From positions 148,658-212,657 of the forward strand of contig DF237029.1 of the NCBI GenBank assembly GCA_000708835.1: 64,000 nt of DNA. Reading direction: 5' to 3'. Below the pieces are notes generated by a model, which did not search any database, was not told the DNA's origin, and saw only the letters and a program-made list of their open reading frames with translations. The DNA is from Klebsormidium nitens (taxonomy: Eukaryota; Plantae; Klebsormidiophyceae). Below are positions 11,945-22,974 of this stretch, piece by piece; position 1 is the first letter of the stretch; every line of letters begins with the position of its first letter. The position numbers and the translations under genes are program-made.

Positions 11945-14900
11945 TCAATCCCGTTCAAGTATCTTCTGCAACTGTCTCAACTCTCTCCTAAGTTGCAAAA
12001 CCTCCGCCGACATGTCACTTGCCTTCAAATCTCGTTTCAGCTGCGTCACCTCCGCCGACAGCTGCCGCACTTTGGCCTCCGACTCTTTCAGCTGCAGACT
12101 GACCGTGTGCACGTCGACGTCCGCCGACCGCGCCGCCAGGCTCACCGACTTTTCGACCAGCGCCAAGCGCTGCACGTACGACCCTATCGTCACCTCCTGT
12201 CTTTGCCCCAGCCGCAGCACCATCTTTAGATGGATTTGTGTACACGTGTCACAGTGTGCTTCCACCTCGCACTGATGCAACGACTCCTTACAGCCCACGC
12301 TCTCGAACGGGCACGCCACGAGCTTCATCGGGCACGTGGTCACGCAGTGCTTGTCCATGTCGCCACGTGTCACCCGCTCCTTGCAGCCCTGCTCGCAGGG
12401 CAGCAGCTTGAAGGGACACATGGCATCGTGCGTTTCTTCGTGCAGCGCCGAAAAGACTTCGGTGCAGCCGTCGTGGGGACAGCTGAGCGGGCGGAAGAGG
12501 CACTCTTCGCTCTTGTGCTTTGCGAGCTCGGTCTCGTCCTCGAACCTGGCATTGCAGTGCACCATCTGGCTGCGGTCCACGCGCTGCATCGGAACGACGC
12601 CACGTGTCAGAACTGACGGTCTCGAGCCATGGGCTGTGACGAGGTTTGTTCGACAGACCAGGCCGTTCCAGCCATTCCCTGCAACTTCGTTCTCGTGAGA
12701 TTTTCAAGATACGAGAGCAAGCAGAGTCTGCAAAAGAGAACACAGGTCACGAAATTCAACGACGGAGTAAGCCTGAGAAAAAGGAAGGCAGAATATCAAA
12801 ACGGTAAGGAAAGACGTCAATCGATGCCCCCACCACGATGCATGAGCTCGAATACGAAGGGCTCGCACCGAACCTTGTGTAGATTCTCCAGAAAAACGGC
12901 GTCTGCGAAGCAACCTTGGTCCCCCCACGCACTCGTCTTGCTCAACTCACGCGATAGAGGGGTTATGTCGGACCCCGACTATGACTACCCGGTAGAGCTT
13001 GTTCTTTGCGTTTCACTCCGGGACTCTGCTCAAAAAGCTGAATGCAGAGTCTTCTGGCTTTCCGAGTGTGAAATGGATCGGCCCAACATGAAGGAAAACT
13101 TTGCGGACGTATGAAATCGTCGTCCGCTGATGCTTCAAGAGCTCGCAAGTGAAAGCGTTTCGGGTCTGGCTAGGATTACATACAGGCAGGAGTAGCTCCA
13201 CAATCAACGGCTGCCAGACACGGTTATCAAGAGACCGAGTTAAGAAATCGATGCCAAGGGAAAGCGCTAATTTACGCTCTTTTGAAATATCCTATTACAT
13301 CTTCAAATACGCCCCCCGACCTTCCAGACATCCAATCAAGACCGCCCACTTCAACAAAACGGGCTATAACATGGTGACTTGTTTCAGGAGCTCAGTTCGA
13401 GAACTTAGGCTCACGCCATCCCTGTTCGCGCAGATGAACAGGACAGTACAAACCTTTCCAGGAGTTGCGGACTCTCAGCTTCGCGGCACCACTCTGTTCT
13501 GCACACCCGTCACACGAACCAGAGTAACATTGCTGCTCCAGCATATCCATATTGCAAATAATCACCCCGGTCAAAATGTCTCCTAAGCGCTGCTTATCAG
13601 CTTGTACTTCCGCCAGGGCTTCACAAGTCACTTAATCACAGCGGAGAAGCTACCCCAGGTACCCACCTTGATCAGCGCCTTCGCCAGGAACTCCCTCCGT
13701 CCGTTCATCCAGGCGCTCTGCCGGTCGAGCTCCGCTGCTAGTTCCTCGATCTTCTCGTCCCGGTTGGTCAGCCCGGGGACCTTGCCCATGAAGCTGCGCT
13801 GGCTGCGGACAAAGTTCTCCAGCATGCCCTCGATCACCGCGTGGGGAACCTCCGTGTGAGCGCCTCCGATATAGGACTCGCTCTGCTGGTGGAGGTACTC
13901 CTGAAGGCACACTTTCTAAAGTTAGGGTAGACATTGATCGAAGACTCAAGTTCGTAAGGGACAAATTTTAACAAACGTCTTGAACAGAAAGAGAAGATTC
14001 AAAAACCGGGGTAAAGAGGGGAATTGTCGGAGACATGAACGACCTAGGGGCTTGGTTCTACTTTTGCAGGTGATTGGAATTTGAGGGACTGGGTCAAAGG
14101 GGAAAGTATACTTCCCCGCGAGATCCTTGAAGATGTCTGCCAAAAGGTAGAATTGAGGTAGAATATTCTCGGCGCAGCAACCGGAGAACTCAGTTTCCAA
14201 AATGGCGGTGCGACATACACAACGTTCAGCTGAGAGAGCTGTGGCAAATACTCAACACCCGTTCGGAGCTGCGAAAGACGTGACCCAAAAGTTCTTTCTT
14301 CAAGAGAAGTCAGCTTGACTGCCCGCAATGCAGCTTCGGCACCTCCGGCCTGGTGATTCTTTAGCTGCGCAATTATTCGAGATCCGCAGCTAATGGGCAC
14401 TGATCCGATTGGGGAGTTCACGTTGGAAAGTCAGCAAGTCAGAAAGCATCAAGCAGGAGCAATCGCAACCAATGCCTTCCTTACGGATGGCTCAATCAGG
14501 AAGGAGGCTGCTTGCGAGCTCACCAGCAGCGAGGTTTTCAAGTCTGGCACCACTGCAAAAAGGCAGAAGAATACTCTCAGAGAGTATTTGTGAATTTATC
14601 TGGGGCGGAAAACTACGGGATGCATTGAGGAGAGGACCACCTGAGCGGGGCTTGCTCTAACAGAAGAGAGCAGCCCAGAATCAAAGAGGAGTATTATTGT
14701 ACCTTTTGCAGGCCCTTTTGATTGTTCGCGTTTCAATTTGAGCAGTTCCAACCACCCAGTAACCGGGACTACAAAAACCTTTTTCTCTGCATTGTGCAAA
14801 ATTAGTAGACGGACATTGAGTCTTCGTTCAAAGGTGGTAAAAAGTGGCAATAAGTTGACACGGCGAAAATATAACCTCTTTTGTTATGTGCCTGGAACCA

Positions 14901-15078
14901 GTATATCATATCAATGAGCACCCCCACCTGCGGACGGTCCTCTGAACAAGTCGCCAGTCGTCTTTGCCACGGCAGCAGCTGCCAGCGTGAGCAGCAGCCT
15001 CTCTGATATCCTCTGCAATTCCGCAACATCGTAATATCCACACTCTGTGAGCTTGGGAGGTGCTGGTCGAGCCTCCAT
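11945..15078 (-). CDS. TRAF-type zinc-finger protein (At3g11950-like), 350 aa
   Basis: Exons 15078-14928, 14552-14524, 13900-13667, 12583-11945 (1053 nt). TRAF zinc fingers HCNARF..H..EC.FRPLSCPHDGC..H..CPFKLLPCEQGC..MDKHC.T.CPMKLVACPF..VGC..H..C..HL. The N-terminal YYDVAELQRI..TTGDLFRGPSAVVPDLKTSLLEYL..SE also matches this plant family. Confidence 0.85.
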
Positions 15079-17411
15079 GGCTAAACGCAGCGGCAGTTCA
15101 TAGATCACCAGGATTGCGCATCAGGAAAACGGGGGCGCTTCATTGCGGAACCTATATACCGTACTGCAGCGCTGCAGCGCTGCATGCAGGTATAGGTAAT
15201 CTCAGTTAATAGTAATACAGGCATGTCCTACGTGGACCAAGAACGTCCAGAGTGGACCAATCAAATCCCTGGGGCCAAGCCAAAAGATTGTTGGGCATTC
15301 ACTTTAAGCGCACCCGGTCCCTTATGGAGCACAAAACACCTGGTAGGTATAAAGCCCGGGGTACCAGCCTCGGTCATTGGTATATTATTTAAAAATCTCC
15401 AAAAAAAACCCCAGCATATTTAACCAATTTTAATACCCTACTCTCATTAAGCTAACCCCAATTACCCCGCCCGTTTCCCAGTCGCTGCGTACTTCGGTTA
15501 GTGCATACCAGGGTTACCAGAGTCTTCGATCACGTCAACTTAGGTTTATGGGGCGGGCCGCGGGGGACCTTCTGATTCATGCTAGGTACTGTATACGGAG
15601 CCTTTAAAATTGGTATCGATACACCGGTAGCTCTTATAGGGCAGCCAGCAGGGCTGCTTGAACCTGCTTCATAGCTTATAGATCGTTCTTGTCGTACCTA
15701 TACTGGATAGGATATTCTCGAAAGTTTGACATCCAGATTCCCGACAGGCCGGGTCGCTCGCCTGGACTTTGGGAACTTCTTGCGGTAAACCCGGCGTAAA
15801 AGACCCCACTTGGCATGCAGCAGTGCACACTGCAGCTTGATATAGGTAGATACTTGAACGGCTCCTGTCCACTTTGTAGGTCTGATCGACGGACGGGAAA
15901 GGATGCCAAAGCCATGTGGACTTTGCCCGTCCTAAACTGAAGAGATTCATTCAATGCACAGAATTCCGTCATCAACTCTAGATTTTACTGTATACCCGGT
16001 ACGGTACCATGTTGTCGCCGAGCTTTGGAAAAGCAACTTGCAATACCGTACTGCTTTTTAATATCGGCACCTTCGACGCAAAATAGTTAATTATGAAACG
16101 TTTGAATCTTTCGGCAGACCCAGCGTTACCTGCTAAAAAGAACCGTTATCGACCATTAACGCTCTTGGATAATTATTTAAGATTTTCAGCAGGCCAGATA
16201 ATTATCTATTTTTCGCCGAAATTAAAAAGCAGTACGGTATGCACATACTGGCAACCCCCTATTTAAAGAGCATTTTACTGCGATCCGAGCTACCCGGGCA
16301 AACAAATTAGAAAACCCTAACCAAAATTCATATCACCCGCACCGACCCCGAAGCCAGCCTAACCACCAGAGTGACCAGACCAACCATACCCGTCTCCCGG
16401 GCGCCTATCTTATTCATGGGCGTTGACAGAGTATTATATGCACAGCGAATAAGTTGATACAATTGTCTCGCTGACATGTGGCAACATTTTATTGCTTCGA
16501 ATTGGAAGATACATAAGGCAATGATGTTCACCGACCACTCAGCCGGAATTGGGGGGGTTCCTGTTCTGACACGCGTACAGTGGTGACAACTGTCGTCACT
16601 TTTTGTCGTGCAACCGTCGCTAGACGACAAAACGGCGAAGACGACAAAATCTTAAACCGCCTCAACCGTGCCAACTGCATCTGTGAGTGGTCGACAAGAG
16701 CCCGCAGAATTTACTCCGTGGGGATCCGCCGGCCTGCAGGCTGCAGCCTGCAGGATGCATACCTACCTACACGGGAGCTGGTAGGTAGGTAGGTAAGGTA
16801 TTTGTGCAGCAACCAGTATGGCAGTACCTGCCTTGTACAGTTTTGGTACCAACGAACATTGCATGGAGGGGGCAGAGTGCCCCATGCAGCGGCCAGCCAG
16901 CCTGAGGTCCCAAACTACGGCACGGTGCGCACTGCGCACTGCGCAGGGTCGAGACAGGCTCCGCAAGCACGTTGAGGTTCGGACATTGCACTGCGAAAGG
17001 ATGCATACAATACGCTATTCACCCACCTATCCAGGTACCTACCTACAGTAGACCTGTACGTTCCTTGTTCTAAATCTCGCCTGCACAAGGCAGGGTTCCC
17101 AAGTGGGTGGGTACGGTATCGTTTCACGCAGGCCAGGTTCTCAACGAGCTCTGCATGTTGCGCATTGCATCTGGACACTCCCCATTCTCCACAACAATCA
17201 CCAAGATTGGCTTCAGGAGATCTCGTCGACAAGGAGGCGCCTTTCTTCCAGCCGAATCTGAGCCCTCCCTCTCCCCTCTTCTCCTCCTCCCTACCAGCCA
17301 CCCACATGCTGCAAGATCCGAGATCCCGCTCAACTTTCCCTCAGGGGACACTTTGCTGCGCAGCACAGCATCTCCCTACCTTGACCCGTTCTTCGTTCCC
17401 CACGCTTAACA

Positions 17412-20400
17412 ATGCAGCTCCTAGCGTTTATTGCTCTAGTCGGTCTGGCACTTCTGAACGGGTCGGCGGCTGTTTACTACGGGGATGGACCAAAGTCGAC
17501 GCACTACGGTGACCTGAATGGGAATGGAGCCACTGACGGTGAGTTCAATAGACGCAATGCTGGAACCCTGTGATGTCAGCATTGCTGGGTTGGAATAAAC
17601 CAGATTCGCTCCACTCTCAGATTTTTTACAGATCCTGAAAATGACAGCTTAGTGGTAGAATGTTCAATGAACGTTGGCTTATGATGAGACATGTCCAAAG
17701 GGGACGAAACTTTTGGAACAAGACCGAAGGTCAGAATTTCAAGAGGCATAGAGCAAGGCCAAGTGTCCCCACTCTGAGATCGGGAGTTAGTGAGCGAGGG
17801 TGGAGTCGAATGTGGTGACAATGCTTCTCAATCCTACAGAACAATTTCAATAAGGATGTCTACACCAATATGTGTTTCAGGAGAATAGATTTTACGCGCT
17901 TAGTTAGCCACTGATGTAAGGTGCAGATGCGCAGCCTCAGAAACTCCCTTTAAACGCAGAGGGGAGACAGCATTGCATTGGAGTCAATAGAAGCAGGAAG
18001 TCCTTTGTTGGAACATGAAACAGATTGCAGATAGCCAACTAGTCACTTGCGGTTCGAGCAACTGCAGAGAGAAAGAGGTCGCTTGCATCAGATCCTGAGT
18101 GCTGATGGGATAGAGGAAATGTTGACATGGGCACATGAGACTCTTCTGCTGGACTTCGTCACTTGGGTCACATGACGACAGCACTAAGATCTGCGTTGCA
18201 TTCATTGGTGGTTGGAAGGTGCGAGAAAGTCAATTCAATCAAAGCTCGTCATCCATGTTCCGCAGTCCCCTGAGCTCAAATGAGCTTTGTCTAAGCTCAC
18301 TGACATTAGACCAGTACCACCAACGAACCATGATCCATCGCATGCAGTTTCTGGGTCCTGCTCTCGAATCCCTTTGTTTCATATACTCCCCACTGCCCCC
18401 ATTGATCTGTCCCTATCCCTATGTATTAGCGCATACTTTTCCCCCTCCTGACACCAGAAGTCCAATCCACAGGTGGTGCCTGTCTGTGGGGAAATGTGAG
18501 GCCCGTGTTCGGTGTCAACACCTTTGCTGGGGGCAATGCAATCTTCAATAACAGGGAGGGGTGCGGGCTGTGCTTCGACGTCCAGTGCGACAGCTCCAGG
18601 GATGACTGGAGGGCACAGTTGCAACCAGGGCCAGACTGCATTGCTGGTAAGCGCTACTGTTGATCTCAAATGGAGGGCTCCTCACTGACCAAGTGTGTGG
18701 AACCAGGATGCAGACCCTTTTGAATGAAACACGTCAGACTGAAAGTATGTCAACATTGTTAGGGAAGCTGCACTAAAGAGTAGAGACCTTTGTACTGAGC
18801 ATTGAGGAGTGGCAGCGACACTTGCAATACTCTGGTCGATACCTTCTTCGGATGGGACTCTGCAGGCTGTGAGTGTGAACCCACAGGCTTCTACTCTCAG
18901 CCTTGCCTTGATCAACTCTCAAAGAGCAATCCGGTCGCGAATCCAAGTCCCACTTCTATTAGACTCTGCCTTACAAATCCAATCAAGTGGCTTCTGCACA
19001 ATACAACTCGGCTTTGCACAGTTCGAAGTCACTGAACGCATTTGTATGCCCCGCCAACTCACACATCTCGTTTGCAGGCGCGAGCGTACGTGTTTACCTC
19101 ACCAATCAGTGCCCCGAGTGCGCAGCAACCCACTTCGATTTGTCTTATCCCGCCTGGAAGCAGATTGGGAACGACCGCGCAGGGATCCTCCCCATCATCG
19201 CCACTCCGTAAGTCCCCCTTCGCTTTTAGGTAATCTGGTTCGAATCCGCAAGTGGGCAGCTGTGAAATCCGGACAGAAGGGAGAAGCGGCTTGACTAGAG
19301 CTTTGACCCACACCCCGCATAGTTTGACCTTCAGATTCAAAACGAGATTTTCCAAAAGCGCAGCGGGAAGTGAGACTAGATTTTGTTGGTGGCAAGCTGC
19401 GGTGCCTTCCAAAGCCGCCATAAATTTAGGCAACGCAGGTCGAACGCAGTCCCTATCCAGACAGTCTGCCCTTCGCAACAGCTACAATCGAAGCCTATGC
19501 CTACTTCTGCAAGCCCCGCGTTTCTCTCCAAAACAGTAGAGAATCTGTCACGTCAAACTTCTTCAGCTCCTATTCTGCGCTCCCCCTTGACTCTTCCCGT
19601 CGTTCCTCGCAGTTGTGGCAAGGTCGACAGAAATGGCAACTCCGTCATCGGGGGGGGCGACTCTTTCCGGGCGACCGTCAGCACTTCGGCACCTGATACC
19701 CCGGCCCCCACCCAATCCGCCCCAACCCCCGGTCCCACTCAACCGGCGCCAACTCAGCCCGCCCCGACCCCTAGCCCCACTCAACCGGCGCCAACACAGC
19801 CTGCCCCGACCCCAAGTCCCACTCAACCGGCGCCAACCCAGCCCGCCCCAACGCCAAGCGCGACCCCTGCACCCCCCTCCCCCACACCTTCGCCAACAAA
19901 CGACCCCTCCCCTATTCCCACCCAGACCCTCTCCGTCAGTTCTGCCAAGATTACGTCCGCGGATGTGATTGCCCCCTCCAGCAATCCCACCTCAACGCCA
20001 ACCCCCTCAACACCGAGTCCGACGGCCCCGGCCCCCACTTCGGCCCCAACGCCAAGCCCCACGGCCCCTGCGCCGGGCACCCCCCCCCATCCACACCAGC
20101 GCCGACTGTGACTTCCACACCCCCTCCCACAGATTCCCCGACTCCCGCCCCCACAGTTGCAGCGCCAACAGCGGCCCCGACTCCGCAGCCCACTTCCCCC
20201 CCACCGACCACTCCGGCCCCCACCGCTCCCGCGCCGACGTCGGCCCCGACTCCCTCTCCGACTGAGAGCACTCCCCCTCCTACGAGTACTCCGACCCCCC
20301 CGACTCCCACCCCCCACCCCTACTCAAAACTCCTACCCCCCCAGCTCCAACCCCGACCCCTACTCNNNNNNNNNNNNNNNNNNNNNNNNNNNNNNNNNNN

Positions 20401-21224
20401 NNNNNNNNNNNNNNNNNNNNNNNNNNNNNNNNNNNNNNNNNNNNNNNNNNNNNNNNNNNNNNNNNNNNNNNNNNNNNNNNNNNNNNNNNNNNNNNNNNNN
20501 NNNNNNNNNNNNNNNNNNNNNNNNNNNNNNNNNNNNNNNNNNNNNNNNNNNNNNNNNNNNNNNNNNNNNNNNNNNNNNNNNNNNNNNNNNNNNNNNNNNN
20601 NNNNNNNNNNNNNNNNNNNNNNNNNNNNNNNNNNNNNNNNNNNNNNNNNNNNNNNNNNNNNNNNNNNNNNNNNNNNNGCTCCTACCCTTGCCCCTACTCA
20701 AACTCCTACCCGCAACCCCCACTCCGCCCTACTCAAACCCCCACTCCTCCAGCCCCCACCGACGCCCCCACCGACGCCCCCACCAACCCCCCGCAGACCC
20801 CCAGCCCCACGAGCGCCCCCGTCACGGACGTTTTCGCCCCGGAGCCAACATCCACCTCGGCCCCCCCCATTGTCTACTGCGACGCTCCCCCCCGCCCCCG
20901 AACGCTCCTCCCCCGCCGAGAATCCCTACCCCCCCGGGGCGTCTTCAGCCCCCCGGGCGTCTTCAGCCCCCCGGACCGCGCCCCCTCCCCCAATCCCCTC
21001 CCCCTCCCCAACAACCCGCCTCCGGCCTCTCCCCCTCCGGCGCTCTCCCCCCCTGGTACACCCTTGGCTCCTCCCCCCCCCCTGCTGAATCCGCCTCCGC
21101 CGGCCAACCCCCCCCCTCGGGTGCCGTGCATTCCGAGGCCCCTGAGGCTGAGGTAAAGGCCTTGTACACAAGCAAAGCGTGCCAACTTATTCGCTCGACC
21201 CGGCCTATTTATTTTGGGGGGTAG
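17412..21224 (+). CDS. Secreted expansin domain-1 (DPBB/EG45-like) protein with a long Thr/Pro/Ala/Ser-rich tail; 3' end uncertain because of the gap and homopolymer frameshifts
   Basis: Exons 17412-17538, 18473-18646, 19078-19207, then 19613 onward. Signal-peptide-like [20 protein letters not shown]; expansin motifs [56 protein letters not shown]. These are followed by (TP/AP/SP)-rich repeats such as PTQPAPTPS. Confidence 0.8.
19690..20365 (+). repeat. Coding low-complexity repeats (PTQPAP / TPSP / APT units) of the expansin tail
   Basis: Repeated cccactcaaccggcgccaac and ccgacccc units directly visible; the repeats run into the N gap. Confidence 0.85.
20366..20677. other. Assembly gap (312 N) inside the Pro-rich repeat exon
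   Basis: Run of n characters. Confidence 1.
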
Positions 21225-22974
21225 ATTCTTCTTCGAGACGACCAGGAGCTCGCGTTCGGGACACGTCCACAATCAGCGGAGGACAGAAGTCAGCCCAGGA
21301 TATTTATGGGTCTGTGGACCGTGTACGTGATGTAAGTTGAGGTAGTAACTCGGCGGAAAAGGGCCAAATGAGCACCTCGGATTCGAATTCTTCACAAGAG
21401 CCAGCCCCGAAGCGGGCACCGCCGATAGGTAGACCTGATTCTTTGTAGCTAGCTAGGCTAAGTCAAATGGGAAGATTCTTTGGGCGCGTGTCCGACTCGA
21501 TTCTTCGAGGATTCGGAGGCCCCTCGTGCAGCCACACCTCGTGGCTTGCGATTTTGGTGTAAGCTATAACCCAATTTAGCAAGTTGCCGCGTTTTTGTGT
21601 AAGAACAATGTCGGATAGAGTAATGGTTAATTTCGGGAAAAACACGTAATAGATTCGCGAGAGGAGCCATCAGTATAGATAATAGTAGAAATTTGTAGGA
21701 ACCCCGCCGGTTAGCTTAGCGCCGCAAGGAGAAAGCCAACGAACCCAGCACACGCTCTCAACACCTCGTTGAGCGCGTCGATGCTAGTAAGCAACGAACA
21801 CAGCGCGGTATTGGGTCAAGTGCGCGAACTCTTGTAAGAACATGTCAAAGTAAGTTTGAGCAGGAAAGTCGAAAGGTCTTGAGCTAGGCGGCCAAGTACT
21901 AAGTAGGAACGCGGTCGCCCTCAATCTGTTCTTAACGTATGTGGTTTCGCAAGCCTATAATTGTGGGCCTTCGACAACAACAATATTGACTTAGCTTGCC
22001 ATTTCCTGGCAATAGCCCCCCCCGTTCGATGCCACGAACTTCGGTAGACATTCAGGTCGATTAGGGTATCCACGAATGTTTGTTGTGCATGCGTGGTGGT
22101 CATTTGCTCTAGCTAAGTAGCTAAGTTCGCTGTATGGAGTCCGCAGCTAAGGCAGCCGACTGGATGAAAGCAGGCTGGTCACGTGTATATGCTCCGCCGG
22201 GTGCAACTCATGGTGCTAGGTAGAATACTGCATTGCATTAGCACCGGGTATTATGCAGTCTGCAAATTTGAGCCTGACGGTGTTTCCGTCTTTATGCCAT
22301 GGTCTACCCTGTACTCAGACGGCTTGATCGATCGCGCACGCACACCAACTTGGGAAGCATATATATACTAACACGGAGGGAAGCTGACAGGGATGCATCT
22401 TTTGTAATGTAGGGAGTTGCAGGCGTCATGTTTGCCCATGCATGACAAATGATGCCTAGGAAGCAAATGATTCCTTGGTCACCTACGACGCATTGACTGA
22501 TTGCAAATAGCAGATTTGTGCCAGTGTACTTAACAAGTGAATGTCCGAACGGCCTAGCTTGGTAAGACAAGCAGATCTTGTATGAACGTGGGTTCAAGAG
22601 CAACCCACAAAGACCGGGTCGGGCTAAACTACCATATGTCGCTTGTAAGAGTACCTATGTCATGATCTCTTCGGCTGCGGACCCTATGCCTTAGCTAAGG
22701 ATGGATCCTTGGCACCACTCCGACTTAAGGACTGAACATAGACTCAATGATACGCCCGTAAAGCTTGCATACCTTTGAGAACGACCAACCCAACTTATAC
22801 CTCACCTTTTTCAAGACTCATTCCAGTCCTAGTGCTACGTACCTACCCCAATGCAAAACCCGGCGACCATACCTGATAACACACGCCAGATTCGGCATGC
22901 AATCACCTGGAACTTTCCACAGCAGAACACATTCACCCACCTTACCCGAAATAGGGACAACTATCTCCCCACGC

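Noticed and set aside
18802-19035. Cys-containing ORF inside expansin intron 2 as an extra exon
   Set aside because: Exons 18473-18646 and 19078-19207 already join in phase into a contiguous DPBB domain ([14 protein letters not shown]); no family similarity was recognised in the intronic ORF.
20079-21224. Expansin gene as a frameshifted pseudogene
   Set aside because: The frame changes coincide with C homopolymers (e.g. C9 at 20080-20088, where one more C restores the frame) and low-complexity sequence flanking the N gap. Sequencing error is more likely, and upstream exons are intact.
21690-22600. Possible decayed coding remnant on the minus strand (stop-interrupted frames and ORF 22304-22603)
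   Set aside because: No recognisable domain and no consistent splice structure; the TAA/TAG stops are not informative on their own. A tBLASTx search would be needed.
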